64,000 nt of DNA from a virus. The stretch is from positions 1 through 64,000 of the IMG/VR virus record IMGVR_UViG_3300027985_000891; one strand, 5' to 3'. The position numbers and the translations under genes are program-made. Shown one piece after another: positions 47,713-57,708 of this stretch. Below the pieces are notes generated by a model. It saw only the letters and a list, made by a program, of their open reading frames with translations. It was not told the origin of the DNA and made no database searches. Each line of letters begins with the position of its first letter. Position 1 is the stretch's first letter.

Positions 47713-49424
47713 TATTGACTACTACTTGGTGCTGCTCCACTAGAACTAGGTGCCGGTGTACTAGAGCTAGGCGCTGGTACACTAGAACTAGGTGCCGGTG
47801 CAGAAGAACTGGCCGGTACATTAGAAGAACTAGGTGCCGGTACACTAGAGCTTGCAGGTGCGTTAGATGAACTAGCAGCAACTGAGGAACTAGCAGCTAC
47901 TGTTCCAGATACTGTTGCTGTACCCATTACCTGTACTGTTCCACAAGTAGTACAGATTATATCATAGTCAAATGACCATGCCGCTATGGAAGAAGGTGTA
48001 TACTTCACCTCACCGGTAAGTGGATTGAATGTATCCACTGTGACGTTAACAAGTGATCCACCATCCAGTGCATAACTGGTTGTTCCCTGAGAGCATGGTG
48101 TATCATTGGCACCAATCATAATAGTATTCTGTTCCAATGATACGGAGCCTACTGTATCATCATTTGCTGTAGCAGTAACCGGACCTCCGGAAACTGTGCC
48201 AGTGTCAGTTGGAACACCATCACAGAAGATAGTATATCCAAACGACCAAGCAAGTGACAAATCAGTTACTATCACGTCGTATGCACCAGAAGCATTTACT
48301 GTAGCTGTACAGTTTACTTCAGATGCGGCAGTCAAACCTGCAGTAGTAACTCCTGATGTACACGGTGTATCATTGCTTAATACGTTACCAGTGCATAGAT
48401 TACCGCTTGGATTAGCATATGCTGTTGGTATATTAATTGATACAGTTACTACAGGACTGTTCCAGAATAATCCTGTATCTGGATCAGTACATGTTATATA
48501 GTAATCAAACTGAGCTACACCTACAAACCCCATGGTGGGAAGAACAGTAAATGCTCCCGTGTCCTGGTTCCATTGAGTAACCGTTACTTCTGTTTGATTA
48601 GTTGGCTCTGATAATCCAGAGCTATTTGCATTTATATTCGAAGAAAGTATATACTTGGTAGTTCCACCATTAATACATGGAAAATCGTTTCCGGCTACAT
48701 TGGCAATAAGTTGAGTATTAATACCAGTGGCAAATGAGTCATCAACAGGTTGAGCACATGTTACATTGAACTGTACTGTTGCCCTATCTCGAAGAATTCC
48801 ACCACAATACATGGCATATATTGCTCGATCTACTCCGCAGAAACCCGGATCAGGTGTATATGTTCCAGAGTCTGGAGTTCCAGTAAGTGTACCAAACTTA
48901 GGCATTTCTACCCATTGATAAGTAGCAGCTGTACCGGCAGGGCATGCACCATCATTAGCATTTACCGTAGTAGGATATCCCACTCCTTTAGGTACTACAT
49001 AGATATCATCCAGTGCCAAATTCTCATCACACTTGGTATTGATTGCACAACAACTAAGACCGGAAATGAGAACACAGACAGCATTGTCTGATGTATCTGG
49101 ATCCGGACAAGAGTTTGTAGTACCAACTGTATATAAAAACTTGTACTTGCCAAGACAATCATTGGTTACATAAAATAGAACTTCACCAGTAAGGCTCTCC
49201 CCTGGGGCTAAACTTCCGACACTCCATATATTGGTGACCGGGTCATAAGTACCTCTAGGAAGATTATGTCTTGAGTATATCACACCAGAAGGTACGCTGA
49301 CATCAACGATTACATCTGTTGCAGTATATTGATCCGACTTGTTACGAATATTCTCGAGTGGAACGGAAATCTCCATTCCCTGACATATCAACGGTAACTC
49401 TATCGGTACAAATTTAGTAGCCAT
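47712..49424 (-). CDS. DUF11-like anchor, tandem Ig-like (cadherin-like, Ig-9/tandem-95 type) repeats and a Ser-rich tail
   Basis: 570 aa. N-module ends GLSCC; repeats xxDDxY/F...ND...TYTP...GFxG...YxxxC; C-terminal PASSS tract. Confidence 0.7.
   Translation of the reverse strand: MATKFVPIELPLICQGMEISVPLENIRNKSDQYTATDVIVDVSVPSGVIYSRHNLPRGTYDPVTNIWSVGSLAPGESLTGEVLFYVTNDCLGKYKFLYTVGTTNSCPDPDTSDNAVCVLISGLSCCAINTKCDENLALDDIYVVPKGVGYPTTVNANDGACPAGTAATYQWVEMPKFGTLTGTPDSGTYTPDPGFCGVDRAIYAMYCGGILRDRATVQFNVTCAQPVDDSFATGINTQLIANVAGNDFPCINGGTTKYILSSNINANSSGLSEPTNQTEVTVTQWNQDTGAFTVLPTMGFVGVAQFDYYITCTDPDTGLFWNSPVVTVSINIPTAYANPSGNLCTGNVLSNDTPCTSGVTTAGLTAASEVNCTATVNASGAYDVIVTDLSLAWSFGYTIFCDGVPTDTGTVSGGPVTATANDDTVGSVSLEQNTIMIGANDTPCSQGTTSYALDGGSLVNVTVDTFNPLTGEVKYTPSSIAAWSFDYDIICTTCGTVQVMGTATVSGTVAASSSVAASSSNAPASSSVPAPSSSNVPASSSAPAPSSSVPAPSSSTPAPSSSGAAPSSSQ
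47715..47899 (-). repeat. P/A-x-S-S-S coding repeat, tract 3 (extreme C-terminus)
   Basis: AASSSVAASSSNAPASSSVPAPSSSNVPASSSAPAPSSSVPAPSSSTPAPSSSGAAPSSSQ. Confidence 0.85.
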
Positions 49425-49443
49425 TTCTTTATTATTTATAAGA

Positions 49444-49554
49444 CTAAATCAACTGAAGCTCTTTCAGTTGTCTTTCAATATCTTCTGATACTCCTTTGAT
49501 CTTCTTTTCTTTTAGCTTCTTAGCTATCTCTTTTAATCGTTCAATGCTTTCCAT
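49444..49554 (-). CDS. Small charged helical protein (36 aa), not in the ORF track
   Basis: MESIERLKEIAKKLKEKKIKGVSEDIERQLKELQLI. TAATG overlap with the upstream stop and fills the gap. Confidence 0.6.
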   Translation of the reverse strand: MESIERLKEIAKKLKEKKIKGVSEDIERQLKELQLI

Positions 49555-51362
49555 TATCGATAGTTTGCATTACGAATAATTGTATCTCCCAAATAAGTAA
49601 TATCACCATCTCCAGCTGCAGCATTGGTAACCCCATTCTGCAAAAGCACATTGACAGCTACTGTAGATGCTACTTCAGCGCCAGTAGTATCATTGATGAT
49701 CTTGACATCTTGTAACATAATATGGTTACTTAATGTCGTTTGTGTAGTATTTACCAGAGCAGATGCACCGGTAAGTTTATAATTTCCTTTGACGATAAAT
49801 ACTCCGGGTTCAGCTGGTATGGCAGCTACTACATTAAAGGGAGCACCATTGGTACCATTAGCTAGTGTCTTCTCATAATAATCGCAGTCGAAGATCCATT
49901 GATTGCCAGCCATAGTAGCTGCTGAAATACTCGCATCAATCTTTAAGATATTACTTAGTGAAGAGTTGGTTTTACCATTTTTGATCTTCAACTTGAATGA
50001 TGTGTTATTCCAGTGATTATAAGAAGAGGCTTGCAACCTCATAATATCTGTACCATGTAGTATATTATCAAACTCAAAGTTTAACTGACCATTTGTTATG
50101 CGCATATAGTTGAGTGAATCTAATATGGTTTCAGAGTTACCGCCGCCGGCAAAATCTTTATAGTTCTTGATTCGAACATTAACCTGAATACCGGTTAGAA
50201 CTTGAGTACTTAGTATATTAGTACCAAATGGACCAAACAATGCATTGGGTTCTATTGTAGAACTGAGATAGAAGTTATCTATATCAATATCAATTTGTCC
50301 ACTCTGAGTAGCATGTGCTACACCACTGTTCCACGCAGTATTAAAACCGGCATACCCATAATAAGTATTGTCTCCACTGACTTCTCGTATCTTAATCTTT
50401 TTGATACTATTATCAGCAAGGATGAATCCGAACCCTTGTAAATATGTGCCTCTCTGCCAATCAAGATCGATGTTAAGATTACCATCCGAGTAGAATAACC
50501 ATCCTCCTTCAAGCTGTTCATTACCCTTCATTTTGATATTATAGGTCGAGCCTGAATTTCTTTGCCAAAATAGAGGAAGCCATCCTGATTGTTCGTGTCG
50601 GTATACTAGGTGTCCAGTGACAGTAATGTTCTTAGTAGATAGATTCTCGTCACTTATAAGACCAAAGCCCCAGGCAGCGGGAGCTGTCGCAGTTGCGTGT
50701 AATATGGCACCATCCATAAAATGGATATGAAGCTCATCAATTCCTTGTATCAAGTTGATATCTGCTTCAGTAGTACCAGCATCATTTAACTCAGTATCTG
50801 CTCCAGAGCCCACATTACCAATAGTGTAAACACCAGGCATTACAATCATTTTATCACCTGATTGTAATATAGACTTGGCACCCCACATATCTGAAAATGG
50901 ACGAAGCGGGTTTCCCCGCTCTGCTGTAGCATTATCTCCATACTTAGCTACGTATACAATATCTCCTGAAAAAGGAGGAAGGTAACATTCAAACAACTGA
51001 CAACATGATACTCCGTTAACTGTTACACAGTACTCTTCATCAAAGCACTCGTCTCCACAAGTCGTATCTGTTTCCAGTGTAAATACAATCTGATAAGGTT
51101 GATCGCAGTCTTCAGTTACTGTAAATGTAAAACCTGTCTCAAGATATTGACCAGGATGAAGACCGCCAATGGTCCAAACAAATGTACTTGGGTTCCATTC
51201 TCCTTTAGGAACAGTAGGTTCAGTTAAGGATAATCCACTTGGCAGAGTCACTGTCAGCGTTGCATTGGTCAACATATAAGCACAAGCATTCCTTACATTA
51301 GTAGGAGTGATTGTGAACGATGTTCCCAGTGCAAAATATCCTATATTCTTTTCTACTTTCAA
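49554..51362 (-). CDS. DUF11-like anchor plus parallel beta-helix receptor-binding/depolymerase-like protein
   Basis: 602 aa. Shared N-module ending GVSCC, then YVAKYGDNATAERGNPLRPF...GDKMIVMPGVY, a typical beta-helix entry motif. Confidence 0.7.
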   Translation of the reverse strand: MKVEKNIGYFALGTSFTITPTNVRNACAYMLTNATLTVTLPSGLSLTEPTVPKGEWNPSTFVWTIGGLHPGQYLETGFTFTVTEDCDQPYQIVFTLETDTTCGDECFDEEYCVTVNGVSCCQLFECYLPPFSGDIVYVAKYGDNATAERGNPLRPFSDMWGAKSILQSGDKMIVMPGVYTIGNVGSGADTELNDAGTTEADINLIQGIDELHIHFMDGAILHATATAPAAWGFGLISDENLSTKNITVTGHLVYRHEQSGWLPLFWQRNSGSTYNIKMKGNEQLEGGWLFYSDGNLNIDLDWQRGTYLQGFGFILADNSIKKIKIREVSGDNTYYGYAGFNTAWNSGVAHATQSGQIDIDIDNFYLSSTIEPNALFGPFGTNILSTQVLTGIQVNVRIKNYKDFAGGGNSETILDSLNYMRITNGQLNFEFDNILHGTDIMRLQASSYNHWNNTSFKLKIKNGKTNSSLSNILKIDASISAATMAGNQWIFDCDYYEKTLANGTNGAPFNVVAAIPAEPGVFIVKGNYKLTGASALVNTTQTTLSNHIMLQDVKIINDTTGAEVASTVAVNVLLQNGVTNAAAGDGDITYLGDTIIRNANYR

Positions 51363-53282
51363 TTAGTTAAAGTTTACGTTTCGTACTATAGCATCTCCTA
51401 CTTCTGTAACATTTGCATCAATTACTGTAGAATTTGCATATACTCCTTTTATATGTGTATTGACAGCTACAGAGGATGTGATTACATCTACAGAGCCATC
51501 ATTAAGTAAAGTCACTCCATTAAGTGTCAGTGTATGATTTGCATTGGTATGTTCTATAGCACCAATACCAGCACCGGTAGTTTTATAACTACCACCTATA
51601 AATTCAAAGTTCTGATAGCTTGCTTCATTAGAACAAAAGATCACTGGTACACTTGCTATTGCTCTACCCAATACTCTGATCATCACTCTAAATGCATTTT
51701 CTGCAGAGAATGAAGTACCATTATTCGCATAGGGTAAAAAGCAGGGTGATCCATTTCTGGATATCACATTGCCTACTGTACAGGATATATTAATATTTCT
51801 TGCATTATTTCCTGAGTTAGGAGCAAAGAACAGTCTTCCCAAAACTACTCCTGAAATATCTGCACTGCCTATTTTAAGGTCAAACACATTATCATATATG
51901 TTGGTACCACTATTTCCACCCCAAGAATCTCCTATTCCAAATATAGAAGGGAGATCATTAGCATTGGTAGAGTTAGGATCATCATCCATCGTAGTAGTCG
52001 AATTGACTGTATAAGAGGCATAGGTTGCATCTATGATACGAGGATCTTGATGAATCACATTACCTACTTCATAGGATATTCGATTTCTATTAAACGTACC
52101 TGCAGTTGTAGCATTGATTCCTAAAAGAGCTTCCCCTTTAGCTATGATGTTTGCATTACCTATCTTCACATTGACAATACTTGTATCCCATCTTGCTTCC
52201 ATAGTCACATAAGAAAGCACTTGACCAGAAAGGCACTCTACTTCGTCTATCTCGACATTGACAATGTTTCCTGTGTTATTTCCTGCACCAGTACCGGACA
52301 TTCTTAAAAAGACAGTAGTATCGATAGGATCAGTCATATCTATTTCATGTCGTCGTAATTTCCAGGATATATCTACACCTTGCATACGAGACATTTCCAT
52401 CACATATCCACCCTCTACTGTTTGGATCTTATCCATCTCATAGACCAGCTTGCAACCATTAGATAGTTGTCCAGTAACACTCCATACTTGATTGGTTCTA
52501 TGACCTATAAATTCCAGGTGACCTCTTATAGCAAATTCTGTTAGTCCGAAAATTACATATGAACCAGCTATTACTTGACAGCCAAATGAAGTTTGATCGT
52601 CGATTACCGCTCCTGGTTCAAAATAAAAGGTAATACCGTTTTTTACCAATACTGTATCGACTTCTCCTTCTACAAAATCTGCTACTTCAATAGCTCCTCC
52701 GCCACCTGTTTCCGTAATAGCATATACCCCAGGGTGAACATGTATTGTATCACCGGCTGAAGCAGCAGCTAAGGCTGTCCAAGGATCATCCCATGGTCGC
52801 TCCGGATCTGCTTTTACTGCAGTAGCATCATCTCCATTTATAGAAACATAGAGTATATCACCATGATCATGATTGTAGACAGTAGGAATTGTAATACAAC
52901 CCTGTACCTGACAACAGGATACTCCACTTACATTGACTGTATATTCTGTAATAGTAAAACAATCATCACAAGTTGATCCTGTATTAAGTGTAAACAAAAT
53001 ACTGTAAGGCATTGGACAATCATCGGTCACTATAAATGTGAATGTTGCCTCTACATATCCTGTTGGAGTCGGAAGTACTGACCCTAATTCCCAGGTAGTA
53101 GTTCCTACATTATAGGTTCCTTTGTCAAGATCATACGAGTCCAAAGCAAGACCTGCAGGAATCGTTAAAACTACACTGACATCTGGAACAAGATAGTCAC
53201 ACTTATTCCTGACAATAGGAAGAACTACATCAAATGTAGTTCCTATTTCATAGAATCCTATGGTCTGCTCTATTGTGGTCAT
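51363..53282 (-). CDS. DUF11-like anchor plus parallel beta-helix receptor-binding/depolymerase-like protein (paralog of the adjacent gene)
   Basis: 639 aa. N-module ending GVSCC; YVSINGDDATA...PW...GDTIHVHPGVY; C-terminus GDAIVRNVNFN resembles the neighbour's GDTIIRNANYR. Confidence 0.7.
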   Translation of the reverse strand: MTTIEQTIGFYEIGTTFDVVLPIVRNKCDYLVPDVSVVLTIPAGLALDSYDLDKGTYNVGTTTWELGSVLPTPTGYVEATFTFIVTDDCPMPYSILFTLNTGSTCDDCFTITEYTVNVSGVSCCQVQGCITIPTVYNHDHGDILYVSINGDDATAVKADPERPWDDPWTALAAASAGDTIHVHPGVYAITETGGGGAIEVADFVEGEVDTVLVKNGITFYFEPGAVIDDQTSFGCQVIAGSYVIFGLTEFAIRGHLEFIGHRTNQVWSVTGQLSNGCKLVYEMDKIQTVEGGYVMEMSRMQGVDISWKLRRHEIDMTDPIDTTVFLRMSGTGAGNNTGNIVNVEIDEVECLSGQVLSYVTMEARWDTSIVNVKIGNANIIAKGEALLGINATTAGTFNRNRISYEVGNVIHQDPRIIDATYASYTVNSTTTMDDDPNSTNANDLPSIFGIGDSWGGNSGTNIYDNVFDLKIGSADISGVVLGRLFFAPNSGNNARNINISCTVGNVISRNGSPCFLPYANNGTSFSAENAFRVMIRVLGRAIASVPVIFCSNEASYQNFEFIGGSYKTTGAGIGAIEHTNANHTLTLNGVTLLNDGSVDVITSSVAVNTHIKGVYANSTVIDANVTEVGDAIVRNVNFN

Positions 53283-53325
53283 TTCGAGTATGAAATTAAT
53301 TTATAGCTCGCTTAAAAAACAGTAG

Positions 53326-54021
53326 TTATTCTTGAGGTACTAAATTTTTGACTTTACTATAGCCTTTTATAGTACTTGTTTTCTTTGTCTTTACTCCTTT
53401 CCAGGGATATAGCCATAGACCCTGATGTAAGAATAATACAGCAGTGGGTATAGCCATAGCTGTAGAAAAGTCCGGAACATAGTAAAAAAGTAGAGGTACA
53501 TTGACACCATATCCTATAATTGCCACCACAGAGATGACCATTAACATAATGGATATAGGACGCTTTTCCTCAAAGAAGTAAGAGATACTAAACAGAAAGA
53601 AACAAAGGATTGTCATCCAACTGGGAAGGCCTTCAATAAAAGTATAAGGTTCCAATCCTCTTAGTTCTTCATAGTTTGTTATTATATTTAATGTCTCCTT
53701 GTTACTTAGCCATGCCGTAGCAATACCTATTGATATACAATTAAACCATCCGGCAACGAAATCCCTCATCCTGGGTTTTTGGTATACATGAAATATCATA
53801 GATATACCAGAAAATATAAAGCATAAAGCAGTAAGCGGTTTAATGCTTACCCAGGCGGGAGAAACTGATACCAGGTAATGCTTTCCTATACTCCATCCAT
53901 AAAGGGCAATAAGACTTGAAACCAGTATCAAATAGGGTACTCCGTTGTAAAGTAGTTTGTTTGAGTTGTATTGTGTGTTCAATAATCTATTTGCTTCTTT
54001 TATCGGGCTCATTTCGTACAT
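53326..54021 (-). CDS. Polytopic membrane protein resembling a stand-alone sensor input domain of bacterial kinases/diguanylate cyclases
   Basis: About 6 hydrophobic segments with recurring IKPLTALCF / PSWMTILCF / AMAIPTAVLF motifs and AIIGY; no cytoplasmic output domain. Confidence 0.6.
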   Translation of the reverse strand: MYEMSPIKEANRLLNTQYNSNKLLYNGVPYLILVSSLIALYGWSIGKHYLVSVSPAWVSIKPLTALCFIFSGISMIFHVYQKPRMRDFVAGWFNCISIGIATAWLSNKETLNIITNYEELRGLEPYTFIEGLPSWMTILCFFLFSISYFFEEKRPISIMLMVISVVAIIGYGVNVPLLFYYVPDFSTAMAIPTAVLFLHQGLWLYPWKGVKTKKTSTIKGYSKVKNLVPQE

Positions 54022-54334
54022 ACTTTTTTATCAATGTTTGTATGATTTTTGTTCTATTCAACAGTACCTGTTTCGCACTTCCAGTGATGAATAAGAATAT
54101 ACTATTCCCCATACATGCAGCGCTGATCTGAAAAAACTCACAATGTTCTATACTTCGCCATAAGCAGAGTTGATGACCAACGAACTTAGCCGCTAGAATA
54201 CCCAAGAATAAGTGAACAAGAATTCTCTTCAAGGTCACCATTTCGTCTTCGAATATCAGTCCCACTACTCCCCCCAGTAGCCCTATGAATGTAATAGACA
54301 GGGCTTCTGAATAGTACACAAATATTTCGGTCAT
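53987..54334 (-). CDS. Putative holin
   Basis: 115 aa, 2-3 TM segments (FIGLLGGVVGLIF; LVHLFLGILAAKFVG), basic C-terminus. Confidence 0.55.
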   Translation of the reverse strand: MTEIFVYYSEALSITFIGLLGGVVGLIFEDEMVTLKRILVHLFLGILAAKFVGHQLCLWRSIEHCEFFQISAACMGNSIFLFITGSAKQVLLNRTKIIQTLIKKYVRNEPDKRSK

Positions 54335-54337
54335 CGC

Positions 54338-54397
54338 TCATAGTTTCCTAGCTCTTATCTCCATCAGAGCGTGTTCGTGAATGAATTTTGAGTGCAT
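54338..54397 (-). CDS. 19-aa leader ORF in frame with the holin, separated from it by TGA-GCG
   Basis: MHSKFIHEHALMEIRARKL-TGA-GCG-ATG(54334). Its ATG overlaps the upstream TAA. Confidence 0.4.
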   Translation of the reverse strand: MHSKFIHEHALMEIRARKL

Positions 54398-57300
54398 TAG
54401 TTACTTGTAGATGTTAGTGCAAAATAACTTCCAACATCGATGTTCGTTGTCCCACCACCTGCGTCAAACTGTGCATATTGCACATTTAATTGACCATCAG
54501 AACTGGCAGTTACTGTTCCAGATATATGTATAGGTCCTATATCTCCTCCTGAACCATCATTAGTATAAATATCTGAGTTTAAACTTGTCACGTAAGTAGT
54601 ACTTCCTTGGGCCATTACACCTAATGATGATACTGTAGCATTGCCTCCTATTGCAATTTTGATTCCTCCAGCAGGAAGAGAAGTAGATACAATCCAAATA
54701 TCAACTATATAACTTGCACCATTTCTTACATTAATAGTCATAGATCCTGATGCATTATATGTTGTCGACGCAGTAGTTAATTGAGTAACTACTCGACGTT
54801 TTAATCCAGTTAGCTGTTCTGCAGCAGTAAACTCTCCAATGGCAAACATATTAGTATTTCCAGCATTAGCATCTGCTGCCCATATAGAAGCATGATCTAC
54901 TGAGAAAGCCGGATTAGTCGTAACATTGAATGTTTGAACTCCAGTTATAAATGCATTACCATTTACTTGAAAGTCATAAGTTCCGTTATCTACATTAGCA
55001 CCTGTTATGAGTTCATTAGCTACTCTAAAATATTTACCTGCTGATCCACTTAAGGTTAAGTTTCCTGTACTAACAGCATTTATAAGATTCCAGTTAGAAG
55101 GATTACTAGTATTAAGTGAAAAAGTAGCATCATCAGATGCTCCATTTATTTGTGCTTGAGCACCTGCTGTTCCATCTACATATAGTGAACTAAATGCTCC
55201 ATTATTAACACTAACATCACCTCCTAAAAACGAGTCACCATTCACTTGAAAGGGATAAGTTCCATTATCTGTATTTCCACCTACTATAGCTTCCCCTGCA
55301 TTATTCAGTCGTAGTACTTCCCCGAGCGTTCCAGTTGCCCCAGTGTTTGTTCTAAAGATCATTGAAGTGTTTGCCGCAGCAGAAAAATCACTAACAGCTT
55401 CTAATTCTATTCGACCGATAATTCCTGAAGCGAAGGAGGCATCATTTGTTCTCCAATCTATCGTTCCTAGTTTATCATTTGCTACTACAGAAGCGTCTTC
55501 TGATTCTAAGGTAAATAAAGGATTGCTATTGGGAGAGTCATTATTTAATATACTCAAGTCCCCTCTTATATCGACAATGTTTGCATCTAGTAGGTAACTA
55601 TCATCCCCACTAACAGAGTAACCCCAGCCATCAAAATCAGGCGTACTATCATCTATAGCGTGCCAATCATTAATGAAAGCACCTACTACAGAAGCATCAT
55701 CATCTATCTCTTCATCTAGTCCTCCAAATGCATAGTTTTCGATTATTATTTTACCACCAGATTGAGTACCAGAAGTTCTAATACCATCATAAGAAACACC
55801 TTGATTATTCAGTATAGTTAAATTACTAAATATGTAAGTACCTTCAGCATTTCGTATGTCTATTGCTGGTATAGCTGTAGAGTTTCCACCATCTATAATC
55901 AGCAAATCATCAAAGTTAATTGTGGAGGTTGTATCACTCTCCGTAATCCAAATAGCTGCTGAGGAGTTAGAATTTAATCCTTCTAGTGTCCAGTTCTTCG
56001 CATTAAATGCATGAGTTTTTCCACCAAAAGTATATTGAATTACTACTCTATTGTTATTAGCAAGATCGTCTTTTAGTGTTAGATTGGTGATATTATAGGT
56101 CCCAACTGTAGCAGTATCGCCATCTATTGTAAAACGTAAAGCATCTGTCTCGGCAGCATCTAGTGAACAATCTTCTATATATATATTATCTAAGTTGACA
56201 TTAGCTGTACTGAAATAAAATGCTTCGTGGTTACATCTTCTAACTAAAGCATTATTCATGTTTATCTGCTTGGCTTCTAAATTATTCCAGAAACCATAAT
56301 CCTGCATACTATCTATGCTAAAGTTATTCATATTCAACTCTACATAACCTGCGGTTTTCATACCCGCATAGTAATTAGAAACATGAAAATTAGATATGTT
56401 AGCTATATATTTGTACTTATAATAATTGGCTGTTCCTTGTGAAGTGGGTTCAGCCGATAAGTCAATACCATCTCCAACACCTGCGCCTAAAAAGTCTCTA
56501 ACCCAAAAACCGTCTATTGTAAGTTCTCTAAGTGGGTCTGTGTAGTCTGCACCTGCTAAATTTCCTATGGGTGCAAAATGAGCATAACCACCAAAACCAT
56601 GTTGAGAAGCATTGGTTACATGCACATTGTGAATATAAAGATCTTCAAAATTATAAGCTAATATGGCAGACTGTACACTATCTAACTGTATATCCTCCAC
56701 AACGGTGTGTACAGAATTAACATCGTTTCTATCAGATATTAATATACCTGTAGGAAAGGGTTTAGTTGGATAGTCAATTAGTGTACCAGATATTTTTCCA
56801 TTTCTAATGACAAAATCTTTCATCTGTTCCTCACCAGTAATAGGAACAATTAGCACTATGGCATTGGGGTCACTTACCCCGTCATTATCTTCTATTAATA
56901 TTCTAGCCCCATTCAAATCAAAAGTCATTCCTGAATGACTAGAGTTAAACTCTATGATTCCAAGATCACTAAAATGTTCTGAGTAAGCATTGGTCCACTG
57001 AAATACATAGTCACCTGAAGTACCAAACTTGATTGTTTTTACTCCCATGGCAACCGCCATTTTTTGCATTCGAACAAATGCAGCTTTATTATCAAGTGCT
57101 GAAGTTTTTACACCAAACCATTCACCAATATATTCTCCATTCTGAGGTTGCAAGACAGCATAGTTAGTTCCAAGGTCTATAACAGCTATTGCATCTGCTG
57201 AATATCCTGCAGGCTCTGCTGCTTGAACTTGATAAATAGCTCCTCCTCCATCACCTTCAGCTAAGAAGCCTCTAGTTTGTATAATGGTACCTATTGGAAA

Positions 57301-57702
57301 GGTTCCAGTTATTAATGCTACTTCATCAAAAGTAACTAAGGGGCTCCGTACTTTATTCCCCAGGGAGATGGAGACGCTATCATTAACTGTTCCTAACGAT
57401 TGAATCAGTCCACTACTATCCAAGGTATCTTTCCGCAATGTATCAGCTGAATTGGTGAGATTGATATACAATCTAACAGTTTTACCTTCTGAAGTAAGTA
57501 CGGAAGTATCTCTCACATAGGTTTGTCTACCTAGAGAATCCGTCATTACTAATATTCCTTGTACAGGAGTACCACCAAAACGAGGAGGATTTCCATTATC
57601 AGTTGCCTGCTGGATATTCCTCTGAATATTGATGCGGTTATCAGGTTGTGCTGCCAACACACCTACTATTAAAAACAATAAGCAAATGAGATAGTATTTC
57701 AT
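54397..57702 (-). CDS. Tailspike/depolymerase-like beta-helix protein with N-terminal Sec-type signal peptide
   Basis: 1101 aa. MKYYLICLLFLIVGVLAA|Q; TRGFLAEGDGGGAIY and EWFGVK...DN tailspike motifs; beta-helix repeats; fibre-like C-terminal repeats (DNGTYxFQVNG twice). Confidence 0.75.
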   Translation of the reverse strand: MKYYLICLLFLIVGVLAAQPDNRINIQRNIQQATDNGNPPRFGGTPVQGILVMTDSLGRQTYVRDTSVLTSEGKTVRLYINLTNSADTLRKDTLDSSGLIQSLGTVNDSVSISLGNKVRSPLVTFDEVALITGTFPIGTIIQTRGFLAEGDGGGAIYQVQAAEPAGYSADAIAVIDLGTNYAVLQPQNGEYIGEWFGVKTSALDNKAAFVRMQKMAVAMGVKTIKFGTSGDYVFQWTNAYSEHFSDLGIIEFNSSHSGMTFDLNGARILIEDNDGVSDPNAIVLIVPITGEEQMKDFVIRNGKISGTLIDYPTKPFPTGILISDRNDVNSVHTVVEDIQLDSVQSAILAYNFEDLYIHNVHVTNASQHGFGGYAHFAPIGNLAGADYTDPLRELTIDGFWVRDFLGAGVGDGIDLSAEPTSQGTANYYKYKYIANISNFHVSNYYAGMKTAGYVELNMNNFSIDSMQDYGFWNNLEAKQINMNNALVRRCNHEAFYFSTANVNLDNIYIEDCSLDAAETDALRFTIDGDTATVGTYNITNLTLKDDLANNNRVVIQYTFGGKTHAFNAKNWTLEGLNSNSSAAIWITESDTTSTINFDDLLIIDGGNSTAIPAIDIRNAEGTYIFSNLTILNNQGVSYDGIRTSGTQSGGKIIIENYAFGGLDEEIDDDASVVGAFINDWHAIDDSTPDFDGWGYSVSGDDSYLLDANIVDIRGDLSILNNDSPNSNPLFTLESEDASVVANDKLGTIDWRTNDASFASGIIGRIELEAVSDFSAAANTSMIFRTNTGATGTLGEVLRLNNAGEAIVGGNTDNGTYPFQVNGDSFLGGDVSVNNGAFSSLYVDGTAGAQAQINGASDDATFSLNTSNPSNWNLINAVSTGNLTLSGSAGKYFRVANELITGANVDNGTYDFQVNGNAFITGVQTFNVTTNPAFSVDHASIWAADANAGNTNMFAIGEFTAAEQLTGLKRRVVTQLTTASTTYNASGSMTINVRNGASYIVDIWIVSTSLPAGGIKIAIGGNATVSSLGVMAQGSTTYVTSLNSDIYTNDGSGGDIGPIHISGTVTASSDGQLNVQYAQFDAGGGTTNIDVGSYFALTSTSN

Positions 57703-57708
57703 GTTTTT

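Noticed and set aside
49450-49470. 8-bp inverted repeat CAACTGAA/TTCAGTTG as a terminator
   Set aside because: Short, lies inside the 36-aa ORF, and has no clear U-tract on the coding strand.
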